From assembly GCA_045656585.1 (NCBI GenBank), contig JAZORM010000094.1, positions 1-56,770 on the forward strand: DNA of 56,770 nucleotides, given 5' to 3'. Source of the DNA: Acutalibacteraceae bacterium. GTDB lineage: Bacteria > Bacillota > Clostridia > Oscillospirales > Acutalibacteraceae. The notes beneath the pieces are model-generated. The model was not told the DNA's origin. It saw only the letters and a program-made list of their open reading frames with translations, and ran no database searches. Numbering within the stretch: the first letter of the stretch is position 1; the number at the start of each line of letters is the position of its first letter. A program made the translations under genes and the position numbers. Below, one piece after another: positions 24,939 through 33,897 of this stretch.

Positions 24939-26201
24939 ATGAATACATATGAACATTCTGTGGTTTTAGATGTCGAAAAATGTAACGGCTGCACAACCTG
25001 TCTTAAGCATTGTCCCACTGAGGCAATTCGTATTAAAGAGGGTCACGCTGTTATTAATGACGGCAGATGTATTGACTGTGGCGAATGTATTAGAGTTTGC
25101 CCTAACAATGCAAAAAAAGCAAAAACAGGCAGTTTTTCTGCGATGGATAAGTTTAAATGGAAAATCGCTTTACCTGCTCCAACACTTTATGGTCAATTCG
25201 ACAATTTGGATGACGTTGATTACGTATTAGACGGGCTTTTAAAGATTGGTTTTGACGATGTTTTTGAGGTATCAGCTGCGGCGGAACTTGTCTCAGCTTA
25301 TACTCGAAAGTATTTAAAAACCGACGGAATAGTAAAACCCGCTATCAGTTCAGCTTGTCCGGTTGTTACAAGGCTTATCGCTCTTCGTTTTCCGTCGCTT
25401 TTGGACCACGTGATACATATGCTTCCTCCTATGGAGGTTGCGGCTCATTTGGCAAAAGAGAAGGCAAAGAAAGAGCACCCCGAGTTATCCGAATCCGATA
25501 TAGGTGTTTGCTTTATATCTCCTTGTCCTGCAAAAGTCAGTTACGTTAAAAATGGTTTTGCGGGTTATGAAAGCAAGGTTGATTGCGTAATACCGATAAG
25601 TGACGTTTATTTTAAACTCATAAGCGTTATGAAATACGGAAGTGACGTTAAATCGCTCACAAATTCGGGTATTATTGGTATTAGTTGGGCTTCTTCAGGC
25701 GGAGAAGCAACTGCAATATTTAATGAAAATTATCTTGCGGCTGATGGTATCGATAATGTTATGCGTGTTTTGGATCAGGTTGAAAATGGCAATATACCGC
25801 CACTTGAGTTTATCGAGCTCAACGCTTGTACAGGCGGTTGTGTTGGTGGTGTTCTTACCATTCAAAATCCATTTATCGCTAAGGCAAGACTTCGTTCACT
25901 TCGTAGATATTTGCCGGTATCGGAAAATTTTGCGGTACAAACGGATGAATATCTTCCAAGCGAGTTTTTGTTCGATGATATGCCTACCTATCAACCAATT
26001 TCGAGACTTTCGTCAAGTATGGCAGAGTCTATGCGAATGATGGCTGATATTCAAAGGCTTAAATCTGAACTTCCCGGTCTTGACTGCGGTTCTTGCGGAG
26101 CTCCTAATTGCAGAGCTTTTGCCGAAGACATTGTAAAAGGACAATCATCTATTGATAAATGCCTTATAAAAAAACACAATGACGGCGGTGTTAAAGAATG
26201 A
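24939..26201 (+). CDS. Putative sensory [FeFe] hydrogenase paralogue (M2e / group-D-like HydS)
   Basis: Two CxxCxxCxxxCP ferredoxin motifs. H-cluster motif variants SSACP, ISPCPAK and ELNACTGGCVGG. C-terminal CGSCGAPNCx16C (Cx2Cx4Cx16C). ATG at 24939 behind AGGTG. Confidence 0.7.
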   Translation: MNTYEHSVVLDVEKCNGCTTCLKHCPTEAIRIKEGHAVINDGRCIDCGECIRVCPNNAKKAKTGSFSAMDKFKWKIALPAPTLYGQFDNLDDVDYVLDGLLKIGFDDVFEVSAAAELVSAYTRKYLKTDGIVKPAISSACPVVTRLIALRFPSLLDHVIHMLPPMEVAAHLAKEKAKKEHPELSESDIGVCFISPCPAKVSYVKNGFAGYESKVDCVIPISDVYFKLISVMKYGSDVKSLTNSGIIGISWASSGGEATAIFNENYLAADGIDNVMRVLDQVENGNIPPLEFIELNACTGGCVGGVLTIQNPFIAKARLRSLRRYLPVSENFAVQTDEYLPSEFLFDDMPTYQPISRLSSSMAESMRMMADIQRLKSELPGLDCGSCGAPNCRAFAEDIVKGQSSIDKCLIKKHNDGGVKE

Positions 26202-26524
26202 AAGTAAAAGAGTTGGCGAGTGATTACGGCTTTAAGGCAATAACTCTTCCTGACGGCGAGAGGGAAATAGACGGTGTTTACATCGGCGACCTTTTAAGTT
26301 GGGTTATGGGTAGAGCCAAGGCTGATAATGCTTGGATTACTATAATGTCTAACGTTAATATTTTGGCGGTTGCTTCTTTGGCTGATACTTCGTGTATCAT
26401 TTTGGCTGAGGGGGTTGCGCTTGAGGAAGACGTTTTACAAACTGCTATTGATAAGGAAATAAATATCCTTGGAACTGATATGGATATCTATTCCGCGGCG
26501 GTAAAACTTAGTTCGATAATATGA
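26198..26524 (+). CDS. DRTGG-domain protein (second copy)
   Basis: 108 aa with IGDLLSWVMGRA...AWITIMSNVNILAVASLADTSCIILAEG. ATGA overlap with the upstream gene. Confidence 0.6.
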   Translation: MKVKELASDYGFKAITLPDGEREIDGVYIGDLLSWVMGRAKADNAWITIMSNVNILAVASLADTSCIILAEGVALEEDVLQTAIDKEINILGTDMDIYSAAVKLSSII

Positions 26525-27234
26525 AAAAATATTATTACGATTTACATATTCATTCTTGTCTTTCTCCTTGCGGAGATGACGACTCAACACCTAACAGTAT
26601 CGCGGGTATGGGAGAACTAAACGGTCTTCATATTATGGCGCTTACCGACCATAATACTGTGAAAAATTGTCCCCACTTTTTTGAAGCTGCTTCCAATCAT
26701 GGAATTTTACCGATTGCGGGGATGGAGCTTACTACGTCAGAAGATATCCACATAATTTGTCTTTTCGAAACTTTGGAAAATGCCGCGGCATTTGACAGTG
26801 AAATCGAAAAACGACGGATTTTGATTGAAAACAGAACAGATATTTTCGGTAACCAATTTGTTTGTGACAGCGAGGATAACGTTATCGCAACGGATAAATA
26901 TTTGCTGTCGAATGCGACGGCGGTTTCCTTTGACGAAGTACCCAAACTTGTGGAAAATTTTGGCGGGGTTTGCTATCCTGCTCATATCGACCGTGATTCA
27001 AACTCGGTAACGGCGGTTTTAGGTGGCTTGTCACCGAATCATCCTTTTAAATTTTGTGAACTTCACAATAAAGAAAGAGCGAATGATTTTAAAAACACAG
27101 GTTGCGAGTTTATTGTAAGTAGTGATGCCCATTATTTATGGGATATTAGTGAGAAGGAAAATTTTTTCACGTTACCCGATGATGATAAAAACGCGGTTAA
27201 AAACCTTTTTAAATTTTTGAGGAAAGAATTATGA
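26521..27234 (+). CDS. PHP-domain phosphoesterase
   Basis: DLHIHS, LTDHNT, YPAHIDR and SSDAHY motifs. ATGA overlaps at both ends. Confidence 0.7.
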   Translation: MKKYYYDLHIHSCLSPCGDDDSTPNSIAGMGELNGLHIMALTDHNTVKNCPHFFEAASNHGILPIAGMELTTSEDIHIICLFETLENAAAFDSEIEKRRILIENRTDIFGNQFVCDSEDNVIATDKYLLSNATAVSFDEVPKLVENFGGVCYPAHIDRDSNSVTAVLGGLSPNHPFKFCELHNKERANDFKNTGCEFIVSSDAHYLWDISEKENFFTLPDDDKNAVKNLFKFLRKEL

Positions 27235-27788
27235 AAGAACTTTCACTTAATATTCTCGATATAACCGAAAATTCGGTTAAAGCGGGAGCAACCCTCACAC
27301 AAATTGAAATTTTGGAGAGCGGTGACAAAATGGTTCTTACCATTACTGATAACGGTAGCGGTATGACCGAAGAAATTTTAAAAGGTGTTATTGATCCCTT
27401 TTATACCACCCGCACAACGCGAAAGGTTGGTATGGGACTACCGCTTTTAAAACTTGCCACCGAACAAACGGGTGGCAGTTTGGAAATTTCTTCAAAACAC
27501 TTTGAAAAATTCCCAAACGAACACGGTACGAAAGTCGTGGCTACGTTTTATAAAAATCATATCGACTGCGCTCCTTTGGGAGACGTTGTTGAAACGATTA
27601 AAACCTTGATTCAGGGTCACCCCGATACCGACTTTTTGTTTTCTCACAAAACAGAAAGCGGGGAAGTGGGACTGGATACTAGGGAGTTAAGACAAATGCT
27701 CGAAGACGTACCGCTAAATACTTATGAAGTAATTAAATGGATTGAAGAATATTTGCAAGAGCAATATTCAGAACTCCAAAAAGCATAG
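27231..27788 (+). CDS. GHKL-type (HATPase_c) ATP-binding protein without a visible phosphoacceptor domain
   Basis: ENSVKAG (N-box-like), DNGSGM (G1) and VGMGLPLL (G2). Confidence 0.65.
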   Translation: MKELSLNILDITENSVKAGATLTQIEILESGDKMVLTITDNGSGMTEEILKGVIDPFYTTRTTRKVGMGLPLLKLATEQTGGSLEISSKHFEKFPNEHGTKVVATFYKNHIDCAPLGDVVETIKTLIQGHPDTDFLFSHKTESGEVGLDTRELRQMLEDVPLNTYEVIKWIEEYLQEQYSELQKA

Positions 27789-27804
27789 AAAGGAAGATTC
27801 AAAA

Positions 27805-28167
27805 ATGAAATCTTTGGCTGAATTACAAGCAATTAAAGACAAAATGAAGAATAAGGTTATTCTTCGTGAAGGTACTAACGACATGCGTGTTGTTGTTGGT
27901 ATGGCGACTTGCGGTATTGCAGCAGGCGCTCGTCCTGTTCTAAACGCATTGGTAGAAGAAGTAAATGCTCTAGACCTTATGGACACAGTTACTGTTTCAC
28001 AAACCGGTTGTATCGGTATTTGTGAATACGAACCTGTAGTAGAAGTTTTCGAAGCAGGTAAGGAAAAGGTAACCTACGTTAAGATTGACGCCGAAAAGGC
28101 AAAGAGAATCGCAAAAGAGCATTTAAAAGGCGGCAATGTTGTTGCTGAATATACAATTAAAGCATAA
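27805..28167 (+). CDS. Thioredoxin-like [2Fe-2S] ferredoxin-domain protein (small hydrogenase accessory subunit)
   Basis: MATCGIAAGA ... QTGCIGICEYEP pattern. The start was moved to the ATG at 27805 behind GAAAGGAAG. Confidence 0.7.
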   Translation: MKSLAELQAIKDKMKNKVILREGTNDMRVVVGMATCGIAAGARPVLNALVEEVNALDLMDTVTVSQTGCIGICEYEPVVEVFEAGKEKVTYVKIDAEKAKRIAKEHLKGGNVVAEYTIKA

Positions 28168-28193
28168 GCGAATAAAATATTGGAGGTAAAAAT

Positions 28194-30014
28194 ATGGTTC
28201 GTGCACATGTGTTAATCTGCGGCGGTACAGGTTGTACTTCTTCGGGCAGTGCTTCTATCCAAAAAGCTTTCGAAGAAAATCTTGTAGCATTTGATCTTGC
28301 AGAAGAAGTTAAACTTGTTCAAACCGGTTGTTTCGGTCTTTGCGAATTAGGTCCCGTTGTTATCGTATATCCTGACGGTACTTTCTACAGCCGTGTAACC
28401 CCCGAAGACGTTAAAGAAATCGTTGAGGAACATCTTTTGAAAGGTCGTCCTGTTGAACGTTTGGTTTACACCGATACAGGTAAGGACGCTCCTAAGGTTG
28501 AAGGTCAAGTAGCGCTTAGCGATACTGCTTTCTACAAATCACAAAACCGTGTAGTTCTTCGTAACTGTGGTGTTATTGACCCTGAAAACATCGAAGAATA
28601 TATCGCTATGGACGGTTACGCTGCTTTGGGTAAGGTTCTTACCGAAATGAAACCCGAAGACGTAATCAAGGTTATTTCTGACTCTGGTCTTCGTGGACGT
28701 GGAGGCGGCGGCTTCCCAACAGGCTTTAAATGGTCTTTGTGCGCTCCTAACAAGGCTGACCAAAAATACGTTGTATGTAACGCCGACGAAGGCGACCCCG
28801 GTGCATTTATGGACCGTTCCGTTTTGGAAGGTGACCCGCACTGTTTAGTAGAAGCTATGGCTATCGCCGGTTATGCTATCGGCGCTACTGAAGGTTACGT
28901 TTACGTTCGTGCTGAATATCCTATCGCTGTTAAACGTTTACAAAAGGCTATCGACCAAGCTCGTGAATACGGTCTTTTGGGTAAAGATATCTTTGGTTCA
29001 GGTTTCGATTTCGACCTCTTCATCCGTTTGGGTGCAGGTGCGTTCGTTTGCGGTGAAGAAACCGCTCTTATGACCTCTATCGAAGGTAACCGTGGTGAGC
29101 CAAGACCTCGTCCTCCTTATCCGGCAGTTAAGGGTCTTTTCGGCAAACCTACCGTTGAAAATAACGTTGAAACATTTGCTAACGTTCCTCAAATCATTTT
29201 GCGTGGTGCTGAATGGTTTGCATCAATGGGTACCGAAAAGTCAAAGGGTACTAAGGTATTCGCACTTGGCGGTAAGATTAAGAATACAGGTCTTGTTGAA
29301 ATCCCAATGGGTACCACACTTCGTCACATTATCGACGAAATCGGTGGCGGTATTCCTAACGGCAAGAAATTTAAGGCTGCTCAAACAGGTGGTCCTTCAG
29401 GTGGTTGTATCCCTGCTCACCTTATCGATACAGAAGTTGACTATGACAATTTGACTGCTATCGGTTGTATGATGGGTTCAGGCGGTCTTATTGTAATGGA
29501 TGAAGACAACTGTATGGTTGATATGGCTAAATTCTTCCTTGAATTTACCGTTGACGAATCTTGCGGTAAGTGTACTCCTTGCCGTGTAGGTACAAAGAGA
29601 CTTCTTGAAATCCTTGACAAGATTACATCGGGTAAGGGTACTCTTGAAGACGTTGACAAACTCGAAGAACTTTGCTACTACATTAAGCAAAACTCACTTT
29701 GCGGTCTTGGTCAAACAGCTCCTAACCCTGTTCTTTCAACTCTTAACTTCTTCCGTGATGAATATATTTCTCACGTTGTTGATAAGAAGTGTCCTGCAGG
29801 TGTATGTAAAGACCTTCTCACATTTGTTGTTGATAAGGACAAGTGTATCGGTTGTGGCGTATGTGCAAGAAATTGCCCTGTTAACGCTATTGTTAAGACT
29901 GATTACGTAGCGCCCGGTCACAAACTTCCATCTTACACAATCGACACTGAAAAGTGCGTCAAGTGTGGCGTTTGTATGGGTAACTGTAAGTTTAAAGCTA
30001 TTAGTAAGCAATAA
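28194..30014 (+). CDS. hydB: NuoF-type NADH-binding flavoprotein subunit of the bifurcating hydrogenase
   Basis: GRGGGGFPTGFKW (FMN/NADH site) and ESCGKCTPCR (4Fe-4S). N-terminal Trx-like 2Fe-2S domain. Two C-terminal ferredoxin Cys motifs. Confidence 0.9.
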   Translation: MVRAHVLICGGTGCTSSGSASIQKAFEENLVAFDLAEEVKLVQTGCFGLCELGPVVIVYPDGTFYSRVTPEDVKEIVEEHLLKGRPVERLVYTDTGKDAPKVEGQVALSDTAFYKSQNRVVLRNCGVIDPENIEEYIAMDGYAALGKVLTEMKPEDVIKVISDSGLRGRGGGGFPTGFKWSLCAPNKADQKYVVCNADEGDPGAFMDRSVLEGDPHCLVEAMAIAGYAIGATEGYVYVRAEYPIAVKRLQKAIDQAREYGLLGKDIFGSGFDFDLFIRLGAGAFVCGEETALMTSIEGNRGEPRPRPPYPAVKGLFGKPTVENNVETFANVPQIILRGAEWFASMGTEKSKGTKVFALGGKIKNTGLVEIPMGTTLRHIIDEIGGGIPNGKKFKAAQTGGPSGGCIPAHLIDTEVDYDNLTAIGCMMGSGGLIVMDEDNCMVDMAKFFLEFTVDESCGKCTPCRVGTKRLLEILDKITSGKGTLEDVDKLEELCYYIKQNSLCGLGQTAPNPVLSTLNFFRDEYISHVVDKKCPAGVCKDLLTFVVDKDKCIGCGVCARNCPVNAIVKTDYVAPGHKLPSYTIDTEKCVKCGVCMGNCKFKAISKQ

Positions 30015-30031
30015 GAAAGGAGCCTTATAAA

Positions 30032-31783
30032 ATGGATATGATTAATGTTAAAATTAACGGTATTGCTGTAAGTGTACCAAAGGGCTCTACTGTTTTAGAT
30101 GCTGCCCGTAGAGCAGGTATTGAAATCCCAACCCTTTGTTTTATGAAGGAAAAGAACGAAATCGGCGCTTGTCGTATTTGCGTTGTTGAAGTAAACGAAG
30201 GCAGAGGTTTCCGTGTTGTTACTGCTTGTGTATACCCTGTAACTGAAGGTATGGAAGTTCTTACCAATACCGAAAAAATTCAAAAAGCAAGAAAAACAAC
30301 TCTTGAACTCATTCTTTCTACCCACGAGAAAAAGTGTCTTTCTTGCGCTCGTTCAACAAACTGCGAACTCCAAAAGCTTTGCCTTGACTATGGCGTAGAT
30401 GAAAATGCTTTTGGCGGTTTCAAGCCTGAATATGAACTTGACTGCAGCACTCCTCATCTCGTAAGAGATAACAACAAGTGTATTCTTTGCCGTCGTTGTG
30501 TTGCTGCTTGTAATGAACAATACGTTGGCGTTATCGGCGCTAATAACCGTGGTATTGATACAAATATCGGTACTCCGTTTGAAGTTGGTCTTTCAAACGT
30601 TCCTTGTATCTCTTGCGGTCAATGTACTGTTGTATGTCCTACAGGTGCATTGGTTGAAAAAGACGATACCGATAAGATTTGGGAAGCTTTGGCTGACAGC
30701 AGTAAGCACGTTGTAGTTCAAACTGCTCCTTCGGTTCGCGCTACTTTGGGTGAATGCTTTGGTATGCCTATTGGTTCAAATGTTGAAGGCAAGATGGTTG
30801 CTGCTCTTCGTCGTCTCGGCTTTGATAAGGTATTTGATACCGACTTTGCGGCTGACCTTACAATCGTTGAAGAAGCAAACGAACTTGTACAAAGAATTAA
30901 CAATGGCGGCACATTGCCAATGATTACTTCTTGCTCACCAGGTTGGGTTAAGTTCTGCGAATACTACTATCCTGACATGATCGACCATCTTTCAACTTGT
31001 AAGTCACCTCAACAAATGGCAGGTGCTGTATTTAAGACCTACTATGCTCAAAAGATGGGTATTGATCCTAAGGATATCGTTTCAGTTTCAGTTATGCCTT
31101 GTACTGCTAAGAAGTTTGAAATCGGACGTCCGGACCAATCTGCTGCAGGTGTTCCTGATGTTGATATCGCTATCACAACTCGTGAACTCGCTCGTATGAT
31201 TGACCGTGCAGGTATTCAATTTACTTGGTTGCCTGATGAAGAATTTGATTCACCTTTGGGCGAAGATACCGGCGCTGCAGTTATCTTTGGTGCTACCGGT
31301 GGTGTTATGGAAGCTGCTCTTCGTACCGCTAACGACTGGCTCACAGGTAAAGATAATACTGAAATCGAATTTGAGGCTGTTCGTGGCACACAAGGTCTTA
31401 AGGAAGCTGCTGTTACCATCAACGGTATGGAAATCAAGGTTGCTGTAGCATCAGGTGCTTCTGCTGCTAAGTGTGTAATGGATATGATGAAGGCTGGTAA
31501 CCCGAAGGGTTGGACCTTTGTTGAGATTATGGGATGTCCAGGCGGTTGTGTAAACGGCGGCGGTCAACCTATCCACCCACAAAGTGTTCGTGATATCGTA
31601 GATCTTAAGGCTGTTCGTGCTAAAGCTCTCTACGACCAAGACGCTGCAATGCCAATTCGTAAGTCACACGAATCTCCCGTAGTTAAGAAACTCTACGAAG
31701 AATGGTATGACGGTTTTGGTGGCCATAAGGCTCACCACGATTTGCATACAAGCTATGTAGCTCGTGAAAAATACACAAAATAA
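30032..31783 (+). CDS. hydA: [FeFe] hydrogenase catalytic subunit (trimeric/bifurcating type)
   Basis: N-terminal 2Fe-2S and F-cluster Cys motifs. H-cluster motifs TSCSPGW, MPCTAKKFE and EIMGCPGGCVNGGGQP. Confidence 0.9.
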   Translation: MDMINVKINGIAVSVPKGSTVLDAARRAGIEIPTLCFMKEKNEIGACRICVVEVNEGRGFRVVTACVYPVTEGMEVLTNTEKIQKARKTTLELILSTHEKKCLSCARSTNCELQKLCLDYGVDENAFGGFKPEYELDCSTPHLVRDNNKCILCRRCVAACNEQYVGVIGANNRGIDTNIGTPFEVGLSNVPCISCGQCTVVCPTGALVEKDDTDKIWEALADSSKHVVVQTAPSVRATLGECFGMPIGSNVEGKMVAALRRLGFDKVFDTDFAADLTIVEEANELVQRINNGGTLPMITSCSPGWVKFCEYYYPDMIDHLSTCKSPQQMAGAVFKTYYAQKMGIDPKDIVSVSVMPCTAKKFEIGRPDQSAAGVPDVDIAITTRELARMIDRAGIQFTWLPDEEFDSPLGEDTGAAVIFGATGGVMEAALRTANDWLTGKDNTEIEFEAVRGTQGLKEAAVTINGMEIKVAVASGASAAKCVMDMMKAGNPKGWTFVEIMGCPGGCVNGGGQPIHPQSVRDIVDLKAVRAKALYDQDAAMPIRKSHESPVVKKLYEEWYDGFGGHKAHHDLHTSYVAREKYTK

Positions 31784-31807
31784 TTTAGGTCTTTCCTAAT
31801 ATAAAAA

Positions 31808-31835
31808 ACTCCCGTGGAAACATGGGAGTTTTTTT
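31808..31835 (+). terminator. Intrinsic terminator of the hydrogenase operon
   Basis: ACTCCCGTG / CATGGGAGT stem followed by T7. Confidence 0.7.
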
Positions 31836-31918
31836 ATGTAGAATTAAGGGTTTCGCGTTGCGAAAGAATATACAAGACAAATATATGTATGTGGACGACA
31901 AACGTCGTCCGTAAAGTT

Positions 31919-32122
31919 TTATTCATCGCAACAAGCGTTTTTTCTAAATAGTAGGGAAATACACCAAACTCCCGCAAGAGCGATTACGGTGTAGATTATT
32001 CTGCTGATAATAGCAGTGCTACCGCCAAATGCCCAAGCAACGAGGTCGAAACTAAATAGACCGACAAGTCCCCAGTTTAGAGCTCCGATGATTACAAGAA
32101 TTAAGCAAATTTTATCAAACAT
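31919..32122 (-). CDS. DUF378-family small membrane protein
   Basis: IGALNWGLVGLFSFDLVAWAFGG is the DUF378 signature. The start was moved to the ATG at 32122 behind AAGGAG. Confidence 0.7.
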   Translation of the reverse strand: MFDKICLILVIIGALNWGLVGLFSFDLVAWAFGGSTAIISRIIYTVIALAGVWCISLLFRKNACCDE

Positions 32123-32216
32123 TTTTATCAACTCCTTTAAGACAATAATATGTTTTACTAATATTTTAAAATTATGCAAAAAATAAAACCTTTCTTTCGA
32201 AAGGTTTTAAAAATTT

Positions 32217-32972
32217 TTATTCGATATTTAAAATATCGTTCATGTCGTACATTCCACAAGGTTTGTCAGCTATGAACTTTGCCGCTCTTAGTGAGCCAAC
32301 GGCGAAAACTTGTTTTGAATGTGCCGCGTGACTGAGGGTTATTACTTCGTCTCGACCCGCGAAAATAACGTCGTGTTCACCAACTATTGTGCCTCCACGA
32401 ACAGAGTGTATCCCAATTTCGTTTTTAGGGCGTTTAGCACGTTTTGAGTGGCGGTCATATTCGTAGGTGAGTTTGTCGTCAAAAACGCTGTTAACGGCAT
32501 TTGCAAGCATTATAGCGGTACCTGAAGGGGCGTCGATTTTTTGGTTGTGATGTTTTTCGATAATTTCAATATCAAAACCTTCGCCTAAGATATTTGCCGC
32601 TTTTTTAGCTAAAGAACAAAGCAAATTAACACCTAAAGACATATTAAATGTGAAGAAAACGGGAATTTTCTTCGATGTTTCTTTAATTTGTTCAATCTGT
32701 GCATCGTTATAGCCTGTTGTAGCGATTACAACAGGTATATTTTTAGCGGTCGCAAAGCTGAGCAAGTCTTCGAGCAAAGCTGGGTTTGAAAAATCGATTA
32801 TAACGTCAGCTTCCACGTTTACCTCCGAAAAGGTTGGGAAGATAGGGAAGTTGGCACCGTGATTAAATTTATCAACACCTGCTACAATCTTTATATCGTT
32901 ATTATCTAAAGCGCATTCGGCGATGTTTTTGCCCATTTTACCTGAGGCGCCTACGAGAATTGCCTTTAACAT
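32217..32972 (-). CDS. dapB: 4-hydroxy-tetrahydrodipicolinate reductase
   Basis: GASGKMGK Rossmann motif, EKHHNQKIDAPSGTA, and the conserved operon position after dapA. Confidence 0.9.
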   Translation of the reverse strand: MLKAILVGASGKMGKNIAECALDNNDIKIVAGVDKFNHGANFPIFPTFSEVNVEADVIIDFSNPALLEDLLSFATAKNIPVVIATTGYNDAQIEQIKETSKKIPVFFTFNMSLGVNLLCSLAKKAANILGEGFDIEIIEKHHNQKIDAPSGTAIMLANAVNSVFDDKLTYEYDRHSKRAKRPKNEIGIHSVRGGTIVGEHDVIFAGRDEVITLSHAAHSKQVFAVGSLRAAKFIADKPCGMYDMNDILNIE

Positions 32973-32989
32973 TATTTCACATCCAAAAA

Positions 32990-33877
32990 TCAGAGTAGAT
33001 TACATTCCTTGAGTTTAGCTTTAAGTTTTTCGATATCCTTGGCGTTCATCTCGTAAAGAGGTAGACGGCAAGGACCAACGTTTTGACCTAAAATATTCAT
33101 AGCGGTCTTAACAGGAACGGGGTTAACGTCGTAGAACATAGCGTTCATAAGACCGAGATATTGGTTTTGAAGAGTCATTGCTTCCTTGGTATTGCCCTTT
33201 AAATAAAGGTTGCAAATGTCGTGAACTTCCTTGGGGAGTATATTTGAAAGAACCGAGATGACACCAACACCACCAAGTGATAAAACAGGAACTGTTTGGT
33301 CATCGTTACCTGAGTAAATATCCAAATTATCACCGCAAAGATATTTAATTTCAGCAACCTTTGAAATATCGCCCGAAGCTTCTTTTGTGGCTACAATTCT
33401 TTCGTGCTTTGCGAGTTCTTTATAGGTTTCAGGTTTGATATCAACACCTGTACGTGAAGGCACGTTGTAAAGAATAATCGGCTTATCTACACGGTCGGCA
33501 ATATAGTTATAGTGGTGTACAAGACCGTTTTGCGAGGTTTTGTTATAGTATGGAGTAACCATCAAGAGCGCATCGGCGCCAAGATTTATAGCGTCGTTGC
33601 AAAGTTCCACCGAGTAAACGGTATCGTTGCTACCTGTACCTGCAATAATCGGAACGCGCTTGTTACAAGCCTTTACAGCGGTTTCAATTACCTTAAGGTG
33701 TTCATCGTAGCGAAGAGTTGATTTTTCACCTGTTGTACCACAAATAACAAGGGCGTCAACGCCTCCGTTGATTTGGCTGTCAACAAGTGATTCAAGACGA
33801 GTGAAATTAACCGAACCATCTTGGTTCATTGGAGTTATAAGCGCAGTAGCACAACCTTCGAAAATGCGTTGTTTCAA
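32990..33877 (-). CDS. dapA: 4-hydroxy-tetrahydrodipicolinate synthase
   Basis: ALITPM..., GTTGE, and the Schiff-base Lys region VATKEASGD. TTG at 33877 (AGGAG 8 nt upstream) is preferred over the track's GTG at 33886. Confidence 0.9.
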   Translation of the reverse strand: MKQRIFEGCATALITPMNQDGSVNFTRLESLVDSQINGGVDALVICGTTGEKSTLRYDEHLKVIETAVKACNKRVPIIAGTGSNDTVYSVELCNDAINLGADALLMVTPYYNKTSQNGLVHHYNYIADRVDKPIILYNVPSRTGVDIKPETYKELAKHERIVATKEASGDISKVAEIKYLCGDNLDIYSGNDDQTVPVLSLGGVGVISVLSNILPKEVHDICNLYLKGNTKEAMTLQNQYLGLMNAMFYDVNPVPVKTAMNILGQNVGPCRLPLYEMNAKDIEKLKAKLKECNLL

Positions 33878-33897
33878 AAAAATCACTCCTAAAAAAA

